Positions 27,890 to 38,124 of a stretch of DNA of 53,065 nt are shown in pieces (positions within the stretch are counted from its first letter, which is position 1; every line of letters begins with the position of its first letter). The notes under the pieces were generated by a model. That model did no database searches. It saw only the letters and a list, made by a program, of their open reading frames with translations, and was not told the DNA's origin. The translations under genes and the position numbers were made by a program. Source of the DNA: Oscillospiraceae bacterium (lineage in GTDB: Bacteria; Bacillota; Clostridia; Oscillospirales; UBA929); NCBI GenBank assembly GCA_031546715.1, contig JAVBKA010000086.1, forward strand, positions 1-53,065. The letters run 5' to 3'.

Positions 27890-28516
27890 CTACTTAGAGT
27901 AGAGCTCAACGATGAGATGCTCCTCAATTGGAAGATCAATGTCCTCACGAGTAGGAAGGTTGATAACTGAAGCTTGGCTGTTTTCACGATTTAAGTCCAG
28001 CCATTGCGGAGCTGGGCGTGATGCATTAGCTTCAATTACGTTTTTAAACTTATCAATTCCACGGCTCTTTTGCTTAAGGGCAATAACCATACCCGGACGA
28101 ACCAAGAAAGACGGAATATCTACGCGATGTCCGTTAACTGTGAAATGTCCGTGGGTTACCAATTGGCGTGCTTCAGGACGGCTCATAGCAAAGCCAAGAC
28201 GATAGATAACATTGTCTAAACGTCTTTCCAGAAGTGACAGCAGGTTGTCGCCTGTTTGACCCTTCATTTTAACAGCAAGCTCAAAATAATGTTCAAACTG
28301 GCTTTCTAAAACGCCGTAGTAACGTCTTGCTTTTTGCTTTTCACGAAGCTGCAAACCGTACTCAGAGGTTTTTTTGCGGCCTTGTCCGTGCTGGCCGGGG
28401 GCGTATTCACGACGGCTTACGCCGCATTTTTCAGTAAAGCAACGGTCGCCTTTTAAGAAAAGTTTTTGACCTTCTCGACGGCATAGGCGGCAAACCGCTT
28501 CGGTATATCTCGCCAT
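27890..28516 (-). CDS. rpsD: 30S ribosomal protein S4
   Basis: N-terminus [26 protein letters not shown] and conserved operon position. Confidence 0.96.
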   Translation of the reverse strand: MARYTEAVCRLCRREGQKLFLKGDRCFTEKCGVSRREYAPGQHGQGRKKTSEYGLQLREKQKARRYYGVLESQFEHYFELAVKMKGQTGDNLLSLLERRLDNVIYRLGFAMSRPEARQLVTHGHFTVNGHRVDIPSFLVRPGMVIALKQKSRGIDKFKNVIEANASRPAPQWLDLNRENSQASVINLPTREDIDLPIEEHLIVELYSK

Positions 28517-28519
28517 TGA

Positions 28520-28921
28520 TTACACTCTCCTTCTCTTTGGGGGACGGCAGCCATTGTGAGGAATTGGAGTTACGTCTTTAATAAGAGTAACATCCAAGCC
28601 CATTGCCTGAAGTGCGCGAATAGCAGCTTCACGACCGGAGCCAGGACCCTTAACATACACTTCAACAGATTTCAACCCATGCTCCATAGCGGCTTTTGCA
28701 GCAGTTTCTGCTGCAACTTGAGCTGCGTACGGAGTAGATTTACGGCTTCCGCGGAAACCAAGTCCACCTGATGATGCCCACGACAATACATTGCCCTGTA
28801 CATCGGTAAGCGTTACCATTGTATTGTTGAAGGAGGAGCGGATATGTGCCGCGCCTTTTTCGATATTTTTACGTTCTCTGCGTTTGCGAACCACGCCGCG
28901 TTTTGCTTTAGGCTGTGCCAT
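28520..28921 (-). CDS. rpsK: 30S ribosomal protein S11
   Basis: Sequence [14 protein letters not shown] ... [20 protein letters not shown]. Confidence 0.96.
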   Translation of the reverse strand: MAQPKAKRGVVRKRRERKNIEKGAAHIRSSFNNTMVTLTDVQGNVLSWASSGGLGFRGSRKSTPYAAQVAAETAAKAAMEHGLKSVEVYVKGPGSGREAAIRALQAMGLDVTLIKDVTPIPHNGCRPPKRRRV

Positions 28922-28935
28922 ATTTTACACCCTCC

Positions 28936-29304
28936 TTATTTCTTCTTATTTGCGATTGAACGTCTTGGACCCTTGCGAGTACGTGCATTGGTTTTGCTGC
29001 GCTGTCCGCGCACCGGAAGACCCTTACGGTGACGCTGACCGCGGTAGCAGCCAATTTCAACAAGTCTCTTAATATCAAGAGCGACGTCACGGCGAAGATC
29101 ACCTTCGACCTTTAAGTCCTTCTCAATAATTTCACGAAGACGGGCAACCTCGTCGTCCAACAGGGCTTTAACACGCTTGGAAGGGTCAATACCGGTGGAT
29201 TTGAGAATAGAATTTGCTGTGGTGCGACCAATACCGAAGATATAGGTCAAACCGATGTCAATGCGTTTTTCATTTGGCAAGTCAACGCCGGCAATACGCG
29301 CCAT
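28936..29304 (-). CDS. rpsM: 30S ribosomal protein S13
   Basis: N-terminus [10 protein letters not shown] ... YIFGIG. Confidence 0.96.
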   Translation of the reverse strand: MARIAGVDLPNEKRIDIGLTYIFGIGRTTANSILKSTGIDPSKRVKALLDDEVARLREIIEKDLKVEGDLRRDVALDIKRLVEIGCYRGQRHRKGLPVRGQRSKTNARTRKGPRRSIANKKK

Positions 29305-29451
29305 ACGGCACCTCCTGATTATTTTTACAACAACCTCATTAGTCCTAGTTCGTCCTTTGGGATATGAGGTGTTCTGCTTGCAAGACTTCTCGCAAACAAG
29401 GTGATCTGCCTGAATTCAGGCAAGTTACAAGACGATTACTCAAATGGTAAA

Positions 29452-29565
29452 CTAGCCTTGTTTTTGTTTGTGCTTAGGGTTATTGCAGATTACCATTACA
29501 CGTCCGTGACGTTTGATAATCTTGCAGTTTTCGCACATTGGCTTAACGCTTGGTCTGACTTTCAT
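29452..29565 (-). CDS. rpmJ: 50S ribosomal protein L36 (zinc-binding form)
   Basis: Not in the ORF track because it is too short. The reverse strand reads [37 protein letters not shown], with GGAGG upstream. Confidence 0.93.
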   Translation of the reverse strand: MKVRPSVKPMCENCKIIKRHGRVMVICNNPKHKQKQG

Positions 29566-29682
29566 GGGAAAACCTCCAGACTTGATATGTGGTGACGGCA
29601 CTGAGCCGCCTGTAAAGGTGACTTAGCCGTCAACGCCGGTAATACATAGGCGTGCTTGAGCAACGAACGTAACAAAAGATGC

Positions 29683-29901
29683 TTACTTGGAACGCCAAGT
29701 AATGCGTCCTCTGGTCAGGTCGTATGGGCTCATTTGCACTGTAACCTTATCGCCGGGCAGGATGCGGATAAAATTCATACGAAGTTTGCCTGAGATATGC
29801 CCTAAAATTTTATGTCCGCCCTGAATTTCAACTGAAAACATGGCGTTTGGTAAGGCTTCCAGAACAACGCCCTCTACTTCGATTACATCATCCTTTGACA
29901 T
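29683..29901 (-). CDS. infA: translation initiation factor IF-1
   Basis: 72 aa from [13 protein letters not shown] to RITWRSK. GGGAGGG lies 6 nt upstream. The longer track ORF is a spurious extension. Confidence 0.95.
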   Translation of the reverse strand: MSKDDVIEVEGVVLEALPNAMFSVEIQGGHKILGHISGKLRMNFIRILPGDKVTVQMSPYDLTRGRITWRSK

Positions 29902-30229
29902 TTGCATCCCTCCCTTTCTTAGCAGAAGATAATTTTTTGGGTTCAAGGTCATTTGCGTCTTGATACTCTGCGATTGCTCGACGGAGTTCAGAATTAGTAA
30001 GCTTTTCGCCGCTTCGAATTTTCTCAGCGACAGGAGAATCGGGACTTGACACCCACATAATATGGGAAGGATTTTTGACCTTTGGCTTTTCAATATGCCT
30101 AAGTCTTCCGTCAGCAACACTGACAGCTTTTTCCTTTGCTTGAAGAACAAACATCAGCCGATTAGCGTCACGCCCCATGCGTGATATCACTAAATCTCCC
30201 TTTCGGAATGTGACTGGTTTTATCGTCAT
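29888..30229 (-). CDS. KOW-domain RNA-binding protein (between map and infA)
   Basis: 113 aa with [18 protein letters not shown], a KOW-like motif. A small KOW gene between map and infA is, to my recollection, common in Firmicutes. Confidence 0.65.
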   Translation of the reverse strand: MTIKPVTFRKGDLVISRMGRDANRLMFVLQAKEKAVSVADGRLRHIEKPKVKNPSHIMWVSSPDSPVAEKIRSGEKLTNSELRRAIAEYQDANDLEPKKLSSAKKGRDANVKG

Positions 30230-30984
30230 AGGCTTCCCTCAACCAGCGTTAAGAGCTCCGGCTCACCATCGGTTATCAGAATCGTATGCTCGTAATGAGC
30301 AGACAGCTTTTTGTCTGCAGTGACAACTGTCCAGTCGTCACGGAGAACGTTTATGCTGTCAGTGCCGCTGTTAATCATTGGCTCAACGCATATTGTCATG
30401 CCTGCCATAAGCCTAACTCCACCCCGCTGGGAGATAAAGTTTGGAACCTCTGGGTCTTCATGAAGTGCCTTGCCAATGCCGTGCCCTGTATAATCCTTAA
30501 CCACTGAATAGCCTGCGCCTTCAGCATGTTGCTGTACCGCTCTTGATATATCAGTCACACGAAAGCCAGTTTTTGCAAACTCCAACGCCTTATAGAAGCA
30601 CTCGCGAGTAACCTTAACCAGCCGCATGGCCTCAGGGTCAGCCTTACCGCATATAACGGTAGCGGCAGTATCACCATGAAAGCCATTGATATAGGCACCT
30701 ACGTCTAAGCTAACTACATCGCCGTCGCGAAGCTTGCGTCTTCCAGGTATTCCGTGGATGACCTCATCGTTTACCGAGATGCATATGGCTGACGGATAAC
30801 CTCTGTAGCCAAGAAACGACGCTTTAGCACCGTTCTCTGCCAAAAACTTGCGCACAAACTGGTCAATTGAGGCAGTCGTAACGCCTGGGGCAACCATCCG
30901 ACAAGCATCCCGAAGGCAAAGACCGGCAATTCTGCCGGCTTGCCTCATTGCTGAAATATCAGCATCGGATTTAATCGCAATCAT
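30226..30984 (-). CDS. map: type I methionine aminopeptidase
   Basis: 252 aa with metal-ligand context VIHGIP, DVGA...GFHGD, TGHGIG and HYEHT. Confidence 0.95.
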   Translation of the reverse strand: MIAIKSDADISAMRQAGRIAGLCLRDACRMVAPGVTTASIDQFVRKFLAENGAKASFLGYRGYPSAICISVNDEVIHGIPGRRKLRDGDVVSLDVGAYINGFHGDTAATVICGKADPEAMRLVKVTRECFYKALEFAKTGFRVTDISRAVQQHAEGAGYSVVKDYTGHGIGKALHEDPEVPNFISQRGGVRLMAGMTICVEPMINSGTDSINVLRDDWTVVTADKKLSAHYEHTILITDGEPELLTLVEGSL

Positions 30985-31616
30985 ATAATCTGTAATGCGT
31001 CAAGAGTTCTCTGAGAGGTCACCTTCACTTCGTCATGAGAAATGACATGGCGGAGGATTCCTTTGTTCTCATAAAAGCCTTTCAGCGGTTCGGTTTGCTG
31101 GTGGTACACACGCAGACGGTCACGGACGGTAGCAGGGTTATCATCATCACGTTGGATTAATGCTCCGCCGCAATCATCACAAACACTTTCTAACTTCGGG
31201 GGACTGAATACAGTGTGGTATGGCTTACCGCACACTCCACAAACTCTGCGTCCTGTAAGACGCTGCTCAATTTCTTCGTCAGCCACCTCAATTGATATAA
31301 CTGCATCAATTTTAACGCCTGCGTTGTCAAGAGCTTCTGCCTGCGGTTTTGTACGTGGGAAGCCGTCTAAAATATAACCCGCTTCACAATCCTGCTCCGC
31401 AAGTCTCACCTTAATAATCTCCAGCACCAGTTCATCGGGCACTAACTGACCTGCGTCAATAAAAACTTTCGCTTTCAGACCGATGTCATTCTGTGCTTTG
31501 ATGGCGGCACGAAGAATGTTTCCGGTGGATATTGTGGGTACGTGAAGCACTTCTTGAAGATTCTCAGCCTGCGTTCCCTTGCCTGAGCCGGGTGCGCCTA
31601 GCAAAATAATTTTCAT
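30981..31616 (-). CDS. adk: adenylate kinase (zinc lid type)
   Basis: P-loop GAPGSGKGT and a lid with CGVCG...CDDCG. The ATG at 31616 is preferred. Confidence 0.95.
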   Translation of the reverse strand: MKIILLGAPGSGKGTQAENLQEVLHVPTISTGNILRAAIKAQNDIGLKAKVFIDAGQLVPDELVLEIIKVRLAEQDCEAGYILDGFPRTKPQAEALDNAGVKIDAVISIEVADEEIEQRLTGRRVCGVCGKPYHTVFSPPKLESVCDDCGGALIQRDDDNPATVRDRLRVYHQQTEPLKGFYENKGILRHVISHDEVKVTSQRTLDALQII

Positions 31617-31621
31617 CAGCA

Positions 31622-32893
31622 CTATTCCAAGAAGCCTTTGTAGTGGCGCATCAGCATTTGAGACTCAATCTGCCTGACTGTTTCCAGTGCAACACCAACC
31701 ACAATTAGCAAAGAGGTTCCGCCAAGGGCAAGACCTTGAAGCTGATTGCTGAAGTTACTCATAATGTTAGGAATAGTAGCGATTACGCCAAGGAAAATAG
31801 CTCCGAAAAGAGTAATTTTGTTAAGAACCTTTTTAATGAAATCGCTGGTGGGCTTGCCGGCTCTAAAGCCGGGGATAAAGCCGCCGTTTTGCTTGAGGTT
31901 GTTGGCGATTTCAATGGGGTTAAACTGAATACTCTGATAGAAATAGCTGAAAGCAATGATTAAAACAAAGTAAAGGACAATATAGAACGCTGAGCCGTAC
32001 GCAATGAAGTTCGAGAAACCAAACCAGAAAGTGCCTTCGTCTGGCTTAGGGAAAAACATTCCGATTGTCGCCGGCATAGACGCGATTGCCTGAGCAAAGA
32101 TGATAGGCATGACGCCTGACATATTTACCTTAATCGGCAGGTGAGTTGACTGACCGCCGTACATTTTACGTCCTACCATGCGCTTGGAGTACTGAATTGG
32201 AATGCGGCGTTCTGCGTTTGTGATAAATACCACGAATACGATTGCAGCCACACCTAAAATCAGAAGTAGTGGAGCAAGAATCATTCCCTCGCGGGTTTGA
32301 ACCATTGCGACAAGGGAGGATACCATTGCCGGACCACGTGATACGATTGATGCAAAAAGGATAATTGATATACCGTTGCCGATACCGAATTCTGTAACCT
32401 GTTCGCCAAGCCACATAATAAATGCAGAGCCTGCGGTAAAGGTGAGAATGATAACGACAGCAGCAAAGAAGGATTCGTCAACAAGTGTGCCTTGAGATCT
32501 AAGCAGTGAGTAGTAAGCCCAGCCCATAAGAAGACCTAAGCCAACGGTTGCATATCTAGTTATAGACGCAATTTTCTTTTTGCCCTCTTCGCCGCCTTCT
32601 TTTTGAAGTCTCTCAAGAGCAGGAATACCTACTGTCAAAAGATTCATAATAATGGAGGCGTTGATATACGGCTGAATAGAAAGCGCAAACAAAGTTCCTT
32701 TGCTGAAAGCACCGCCGCTCATCATGTCGAACATGCCAAAAATAGTGGCTGTATCGAGTTTAAACAAACTCATGTCAACGAATGGAACGGGAATTTGAGC
32801 GCCGAATCTGTAAACAACTAGAATGAAGACTGTAAACAGTATTTTCTTTCGCAGATCCGGAATTCGCCACGCATTACGCAGCGTCTCTAACAT
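31622..32893 (-). CDS. secY: preprotein translocase subunit SecY
   Basis: 423 aa, 10-TM pattern, conserved operon position. Confidence 0.95.
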   Translation of the reverse strand: MLETLRNAWRIPDLRKKILFTVFILVVYRFGAQIPVPFVDMSLFKLDTATIFGMFDMMSGGAFSKGTLFALSIQPYINASIIMNLLTVGIPALERLQKEGGEEGKKKIASITRYATVGLGLLMGWAYYSLLRSQGTLVDESFFAAVVIILTFTAGSAFIMWLGEQVTEFGIGNGISIILFASIVSRGPAMVSSLVAMVQTREGMILAPLLLILGVAAIVFVVFITNAERRIPIQYSKRMVGRKMYGGQSTHLPIKVNMSGVMPIIFAQAIASMPATIGMFFPKPDEGTFWFGFSNFIAYGSAFYIVLYFVLIIAFSYFYQSIQFNPIEIANNLKQNGGFIPGFRAGKPTSDFIKKVLNKITLFGAIFLGVIATIPNIMSNFSNQLQGLALGGTSLLIVVGVALETVRQIESQMLMRHYKGFLE

Positions 32894-32895
32894 AG

Positions 32896-33336
32896 TTATT
32901 TCACCTCTGCTTTTGCGCCTGCTGCAGTAATTTTTTGCATTGCCGCCTCAGAAAACGCAGCAGCCTGAATGGTTACTTTCTTTGTCAGTTCGCCACCGCC
33001 AAGAATTTTCAGTCCGAACTTGCAGTTGTCAACGAGTTTTGCCTTTATAAGCTCATTAACGCCGACGACAGTACCGTCTTCAAAGCAGTTAAAAGCAGAT
33101 ACATTTAGAGATGTGTACGGTTCAGCAAAAATATTGTTGAAGCCGCGTTTTGGCAGACGGCGGTGTAAAGGCATTTGTCCGCCTTCAAAGCCGCGCTTTG
33201 AGGCATAACCGCTACGAGCTTTTGCGCCCTTATGACCCTTGCCGCAGGTCTTGCCATTGCCGGAGCCTATACCACGACCGATTCTGAAGCCTTCAGTGGT
33301 TGCACCAACGGGAGAAGCTAAATCATGCAGTTTCAT
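32896..33336 (-). CDS. rplO: 50S ribosomal protein L15
   Basis: MKLHDL...GRGIGSGNGKTCGKGHKG. The ATG at 33336 is preferred over the GTG at 33345. Confidence 0.94.
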   Translation of the reverse strand: MKLHDLASPVGATTEGFRIGRGIGSGNGKTCGKGHKGAKARSGYASKRGFEGGQMPLHRRLPKRGFNNIFAEPYTSLNVSAFNCFEDGTVVGVNELIKAKLVDNCKFGLKILGGGELTKKVTIQAAAFSEAAMQKITAAGAKAEVK

Positions 33337-33341
33337 TGTGT

Positions 33342-33521
33342 TCACCGACTTTCTTCAACACGGATAAGATAGCTGATTTGAGCAAGCTTACCCTTTGTCT
33401 GTGCATTGTCAGGCTGCTCGGTGGTATTGCCAATTCTGCGTAAGCCCAGTGACTGCGCAGTAGCAATATGTTTATCGTTGCGGCCAGCTAGGCTCTTGAC
33501 CAACGTAATTTTTATCGCCAT
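33342..33521 (-). CDS. rpmD: 50S ribosomal protein L30
   Basis: Not in the ORF track. The reverse strand reads MAIKITLVKSLAGRNDKHIATAQSLGLRRIGNTTEQPDNAQTKGKLAQISYLIRVEESR. Confidence 0.9.
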   Translation of the reverse strand: MAIKITLVKSLAGRNDKHIATAQSLGLRRIGNTTEQPDNAQTKGKLAQISYLIRVEESR

Positions 33522-33535
33522 GACTGTATACCTCC

Positions 33536-34084
33536 TTAACCCTCTTGATTAGCCTTGACCTGAGCAGGTCTTTTCAGTCCTAGAATTTCAGCGGTAGAGC
33601 GTCCACGAATTCTCGAGACTTCCTCTAAGCTTTTCATGGACTTCAAGGCTTCCATAGTAGCAGTAACAACGTTTTGCGGATTATTTGAACGTAAAGATTT
33701 TGTACGGATATCGCGAATACCGGCCATTTCAAGCACAGCACGAACAGGACCGCCAGCGATTACGCCAGTACCAGGTGCGGCAGGCTTAAGAAGAACCTTG
33801 CCAGCTCCGAAAATTCCTACAGCCTCGTGAGGGATTGTTGTCCCCTTAAGGTTTACGAATACCATGTTTTTCTTTGCATCTTCAATTCCTTTGCGAATTG
33901 CATCAGGAACTTCAGAAGCCTTGCCTAAGCCGTAGCCGACATTGCCTTTACCATCACCGACTACAACAAGGGCTGCAAACTTAAAGATGCGTCCGCCTTT
34001 GACGGTTTTGGATACACGATTGAGCGCCACAACTTTTTCATGGAGATCAACTGCTGCCGGGTCAAATTTGTTATTTTGCGCCAT
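33536..34084 (-). CDS. rpsE: 30S ribosomal protein S5
   Basis: The start is set at MAQNNKF. Contains [10 protein letters not shown] and [14 protein letters not shown]. Confidence 0.94.
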   Translation of the reverse strand: MAQNNKFDPAAVDLHEKVVALNRVSKTVKGGRIFKFAALVVVGDGKGNVGYGLGKASEVPDAIRKGIEDAKKNMVFVNLKGTTIPHEAVGIFGAGKVLLKPAAPGTGVIAGGPVRAVLEMAGIRDIRTKSLRSNNPQNVVTATMEALKSMKSLEEVSRIRGRSTAEILGLKRPAQVKANQEG

Positions 34085-34103
34085 TATTTTTGTTCCTCCC
34101 CGT

Positions 34104-34463
34104 CTAGAATTGGAGTCCGCCCTCACGGGCGCCCTCTGCAAGCTCTTTAATGCGTCCGTGGTAGACATATCCGCCGCGGTCGAAAACTACTGCGGTGATA
34201 CCCTTGGCAATTGCCTTTTTGGCGACTGCCTTGCCGACTTCACGAGCTGCTGTTTTGTTTCCGCCGTAGGTTGTAAATTCCTTTTCTAAGGAGCTGGCAC
34301 TGACAAGGGTGTTACCTGTAGTGTCGTCAATAATCTGTGCATAAATGTTTGAATTGCTGCGGAATACGTTGAGGCGAGGGCACTCGGAACAACCGGAAAT
34401 CTTTCCGCGGACTCTGAGATGCCTCTTTTGACGTTGTGCGTTTGAATCACGTTTTGATACCAT
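34104..34463 (-). CDS. rplR: 50S ribosomal protein L18
   Basis: Sequence [11 protein letters not shown]...[16 protein letters not shown]...VFDRGGY.YHGR. Confidence 0.95.
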   Translation of the reverse strand: MVSKRDSNAQRQKRHLRVRGKISGCSECPRLNVFRSNSNIYAQIIDDTTGNTLVSASSLEKEFTTYGGNKTAAREVGKAVAKKAIAKGITAVVFDRGGYVYHGRIKELAEGAREGGLQF

Positions 34464-34478
34464 TGGTTATTCCCTCCC

Positions 34479-35030
34479 TTACTTTTTCTTGCCGCCGGTC
34501 TTGCCTTCTTTGCGGCGAATGACCTCGTTGACATATTTGATACCCTTGCCCTTGTACGGCTCAGGCGGACGTTTCTCTCGAATTTCAGCGGCTAGCTGAC
34601 CGACTTTTTGCTTGTTACAGCCCGAAACAATAATCTTGTTTGGTGCTGGAACATCAATTGTCAAGTCAGAAGGCTCGTCAAATGTAACTTGATGGCTGTA
34701 TCCGATGTTAAGGACTAATTGCTTACCGTTCTTAGAAGCACGATAACCTACACCGTTAATTTCAAGCTCTCGCGTGAAGCCGGTGGTTACGCCAACAACC
34801 ATGTTGTTGAGCAAAGTACGTGTTAATCCGTGAAGTGAGCGGTTTTCCTTTTCATCGTTAGGACGGGTGATGACATATGCGCCAGAGTCGTCCTTGGTGA
34901 TGGTCATTGCGGAGTGCAGCTGCTGCACTAATGTGCCTTTTGGACCTTTTACGGTTACTACGTTACCTGTTTCAACCTTTAATTCGACACCTGCCGGTAA
35001 GGTGACAGGTAATCTACCAATTCGTGACAT
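34479..35030 (-). CDS. rplF: 50S ribosomal protein L6
   Basis: N-terminus [15 protein letters not shown]; GVGYRA; EPYKGKGI. Confidence 0.95.
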   Translation of the reverse strand: MSRIGRLPVTLPAGVELKVETGNVVTVKGPKGTLVQQLHSAMTITKDDSGAYVITRPNDEKENRSLHGLTRTLLNNMVVGVTTGFTRELEINGVGYRASKNGKQLVLNIGYSHQVTFDEPSDLTIDVPAPNKIIVSGCNKQKVGQLAAEIREKRPPEPYKGKGIKYVNEVIRRKEGKTGGKKK

Positions 35031-35041
35031 AGTAAACCCCC

Positions 35042-35440
35042 CTACCAGACAAACGCAAGGACTTCGCCGCCGACATGTTCAGCGCGAGCCTTTTTGTCTG
35101 TCATAATGCCTTTTGAAGTAGAGACAATGGCAATACCTAAGCCACGGAGAACCTTTGGCATTTCGTCAGCACCTGCGTAGTAACGCAGACCGGGCTTGGA
35201 AACACGGCGAAGTCCTGTAATAGCTTTTGTTTTGCCTTGAACGTACTTTAAGGTAATGCGAAGAACACCCTGACCGCTGTCTGCAATAAAGGAAAAGTTC
35301 TTAATGAAGCCTTCCTCCAGCAAAATTTCTGCAATGGCTTTTTTCAAGCCAGATGCAGGAACATCAACAGTATCATGGCGTGCGGAGTTAGCGTTGCGGA
35401 TACGGGTTAGCATATCTGCTACTGGGTCTGTGATGTGCAT
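35042..35440 (-). CDS. rpsH: 30S ribosomal protein S8
   Basis: The start is set at [17 protein letters not shown]. The C-terminus is GGEVLAFVW. Confidence 0.94.
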   Translation of the reverse strand: MHITDPVADMLTRIRNANSARHDTVDVPASGLKKAIAEILLEEGFIKNFSFIADSGQGVLRITLKYVQGKTKAITGLRRVSKPGLRYYAGADEMPKVLRGLGIAIVSTSKGIMTDKKARAEHVGGEVLAFVW

Positions 35441-35742
35441 ACATTTACCTCCATGAATTAATGTGAGGTACAAAAGCAGAGGGTATTTGGAAAACCAAAC
35501 CGATTCTGCCCGCGACTAAGCAAATTAAAATCTGCCCATTGTACATGTCAAAATTTTGCAAGTAACTAAATAAAATAGCAGTCTCCGCAAACCTAGGCGT
35601 TGCGAAGCCACACGCCGTCGTTCCCATCGTTCCAACTGAAAGAGTGCGCAGAGATTTTTTCGCCAGACAAGGCGTGAAGGCGCAGCAATAATCCATTATT
35701 GCAAGCCTTTACAACGCAGTAAGGCGGAAAAAGATCAAGCAC
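35441..35742 (-). other. unusually long (~300 nt) structured spacer between rpsN and rpsH
   Basis: No credible ORF. Inverted repeats are present (GCAATAAT-cca-TTATTGC; CACGCC...GGCGTG) and there is a promoter-like TTGACA-17-TTAATT on the - strand. Confidence 0.5.
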
Positions 35743-35928
35743 TCACCAGGAGGCTTTGCGGACGCCGGGGATTTGTCCCTTATACGCCAGCTCACGGAAG
35801 CAAATGCGGCATACGCCGTAGTTGCGGAGAACTGAGTGAGGACGTCCGCACAGCTTGCAACGGGTGTATGCGCGAGAAGAAAACTTAGGCTCAGCTTGTT
35901 GCTTTAGTATCATTGACTTCTTTGCCAT
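35743..35928 (-). CDS. rpsN: 30S ribosomal protein S14, zinc-binding type Z
   Basis: 61 aa with CKLCGR...CRIC. The start overlaps the rplE stop (TAATG). Confidence 0.94.
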   Translation of the reverse strand: MAKKSMILKQQAEPKFSSRAYTRCKLCGRPHSVLRNYGVCRICFRELAYKGQIPGVRKASW

Positions 35929-36482
35929 TATCTGTCTCCTCCTTGTTTTGCAAACGGTGCGCCCAGAAGTGTTAAAAGCTCACGGGCTTCTTCGTCGGTT
36001 TTAGCGGTTGTGCAGAAGATAATGTCCATACCGCGGAGCTTATCTATCTTATCATAGTCGATTTCTGGGAAAATCAGTTGTTCCTTTAAGCCTAATGCGT
36101 AGTTTCCGCGGCCGTCAAAGGCGTTTGGATTGATGCCTCTAAAGTCACGGACACGAGGCAGAGCAACGTTAAACAAACGGTCTAAAAACTCCCACATCAT
36201 GGACGCGCGAAGTGTTACCTTTGCGCCGACGCTTTGACCTTGGCGAAGCTTAAAGTTAGCGACAGATTTCTTGGATTTTGTAACAACAGGCTTCTGACCT
36301 GTTATTTTGTTAAGGTCTGCAAGGACAGCGTCAAGAATTTTTGCATTATCGCGAGCGTCTCCGCATCCGACGTTGACAACTATTTTGTCAAGCTTTGGGA
36401 TTTGCATCGGGCTCTTGTAATCAAATTTCTTCATTAGCTGGGGAGCGATGTCCTTACTGTATTTGTCTTTCAAACGTGGCAT
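35928..36482 (-). CDS. rplE: 50S ribosomal protein L5
   Basis: Sequence MPRLKDKY...[16 protein letters not shown]. Confidence 0.95.
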   Translation of the reverse strand: MPRLKDKYSKDIAPQLMKKFDYKSPMQIPKLDKIVVNVGCGDARDNAKILDAVLADLNKITGQKPVVTKSKKSVANFKLRQGQSVGAKVTLRASMMWEFLDRLFNVALPRVRDFRGINPNAFDGRGNYALGLKEQLIFPEIDYDKIDKLRGMDIIFCTTAKTDEEARELLTLLGAPFAKQGGDR

Positions 36483-36496
36483 TTACTTCGCTCCTC

Positions 36497-36823
36497 CTAT
36501 ATGGCTTCTTTGCAGTGTGTGCAACGGCGGGTTTTCTTTGCTTCCTTACCCTCGCCTGTAATTGAATACGAGGCACGGGTTGGCTTGCCGCATTTATTGC
36601 AAACATGCATGACTTTGCAGACGTAAATTGGGCTTTCCTTGTGCTGAATGCCAGCAACCTCAGTTGCACGGCGGGCTTTTCTGTGCTTTGTCGCCAAGTT
36701 GATGCCTTCGACTAACACTTTGCCTTCAGTTGGGAAGGTAGAAATAACCTTACCCTTGCTGCCTTTGTCCTTACCGGACAGAACAATAACGACATCGCCT
36801 TTGTGGATATTTAAACTATTCAT
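36497..36823 (-). CDS. rplX: 50S ribosomal protein L24 (with Cys4 C-terminal segment)
   Basis: N-terminal KOW motif IHKGDVVIVLSGKDKGSKGKV. The C-terminus carries CNKCG...CTHC. Confidence 0.93.
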   Translation of the reverse strand: MNSLNIHKGDVVIVLSGKDKGSKGKVISTFPTEGKVLVEGINLATKHRKARRATEVAGIQHKESPIYVCKVMHVCNKCGKPTRASYSITGEGKEAKKTRRCTHCKEAI

Positions 36824-36835
36824 ATTGTACCTCCC

Positions 36836-37204
36836 CTATATGACTTCGGGAGCTAATGACAGGATTTTCATGTAATCCTTATCACGAAGCTCGCGCGCCA
36901 CTGGGCCAAAGATGCGTGTGCCCTTTGGGTTTTTGTCATCACGGATGATAACTCCCGCATTGTCGTCAAAACGGACGTATGTGCCGTCGTTGCGACGAAT
37001 GCTGTCCGCTGTGCGGACGATAACTACCTTAACGACTTCACCTTTTTTAACAACGCCACCTGGTGTTGCCTTACGCACTGATGCGATGATGACGTCGCCT
37101 ACTCCGCCGTATTTACGACCTGAGCCGCCTAATACACGGATGCATTTAATCTCCTTGGCGCCGGTATTGTCGGCTACCTTGAGGTAAGATTCTTGTTGTA
37201 CCAT
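36836..37204 (-). CDS. rplN: 50S ribosomal protein L14
   Basis: Sequence [20 protein letters not shown]. Confidence 0.96.
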   Translation of the reverse strand: MVQQESYLKVADNTGAKEIKCIRVLGGSGRKYGGVGDVIIASVRKATPGGVVKKGEVVKVVIVRTADSIRRNDGTYVRFDDNAGVIIRDDKNPKGTRIFGPVARELRDKDYMKILSLAPEVI

Positions 37205-37223
37205 TGTTGGTAGACCTCCTTAA

Positions 37224-37493
37224 TTACCGAGCTTTCTCGATTATTTCAACTAAACGCCAACGCTTTTCTTTTGAAAGTGGGCGGGTTTCCATTACACGAA
37301 CCTTGTCGCCCACGCCGCATTCATTGTTTTCGTCATGCGCTTTGAGCTTGTATGTTTTCTTAACGATTTTATTGTAAAGAGGATGACGAACTCTATCCTC
37401 AACTGCTACGACAATGGTTTTGTCCATTTTATCAGATATTACAGTACCGACACGGGTCTTGCGGAAAGCTCTGTTATCTATAGTCTCACTCAT
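37224..37493 (-). CDS. rpsQ: 30S ribosomal protein S17
   Basis: Sequence [19 protein letters not shown]...HPLYNK. Confidence 0.95.
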   Translation of the reverse strand: MSETIDNRAFRKTRVGTVISDKMDKTIVVAVEDRVRHPLYNKIVKKTYKLKAHDENNECGVGDKVRVMETRPLSKEKRWRLVEIIEKAR

Positions 37494-37693
37494 TTGCCGG
37501 CCTCCTTAATCTGTTTTTGGCGGATGGTTGTCATAACTCTGGCGATGTCGTGCTTGAGGTCACGGATGCGGATAGGATTTTCAAGCTGATTCGTAGCATG
37601 TTGCAAACGAAGGTTGAAAAGATCCTTTTTAAGGTCAGAATACTTGCGGTTTAAGTCCGCAAGGCTCATTTCACGTAGCTCACTGGCTTTCAT
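37490..37693 (-). CDS. rpmC: 50S ribosomal protein L29
   Basis: Sequence [40 protein letters not shown]. Confidence 0.94.
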   Translation of the reverse strand: MKASELREMSLADLNRKYSDLKKDLFNLRLQHATNQLENPIRIRDLKHDIARVMTTIRQKQIKEAGK

Positions 37694-38124
37694 TTGGAGT
37701 CTCCTCCTTCATCAGCGTTCTGGCGTGCAACGAATTTGCATTTAACAGGAAGTTTGTGGGCTGCAAGGCGCATTGCCTCACGAGCTGCATCCTCTGGAAT
37801 TCCTGCCATTTCAAACATTACACGACCGGGCTTTACTACTGCAACCCAGTACTCAGGCGAGCCTTTACCGGAACCCATGCGGGTTTCAGCGGGCTTTTCT
37901 GTAACAGGCTTGTCAGGGAAAATCTTAATCCATACCTGACCACCGCGCTTAGTGGCACGGGTCATGGCAATACGTGCGGCTTCTATTTGCTGGCTTGTAA
38001 TCCAGCATGGCTCTGTAGCCATTAAGCCGAACTCGCCGTGGGATACAGTGTTGCCGCGGGTAGCAATACCCTTCATGCGACCACGATGTACACGACGATA
38101 TTTAACTCTTTTTGGTAAAAGCAC
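37690..38124 (-). CDS. rplP: 50S ribosomal protein L16
   Basis: Sequence [19 protein letters not shown]. Confidence 0.96.
   Translation of the reverse strand: MLLPKRVKYRRVHRGRMKGIATRGNTVSHGEFGLMATEPCWITSQQIEAARIAMTRATKRGGQVWIKIFPDKPVTEKPAETRMGSGKGSPEYWVAVVKPGRVMFEMAGIPEDAAREAMRLAAHKLPVKCKFVARQNADEGGDSK

Noticed and set aside
29902-30150. N-terminal extension of the infA ORF (155 aa in the track), and similar extensions of rpsJ (to 43073), rpsE (to 34168) and rpsH (to 35473).
   Set aside because: The canonical N-termini with proper SD sequences lie downstream. The extensions overlap neighbouring genes or leaders and have no ribosomal-protein-like sequence.
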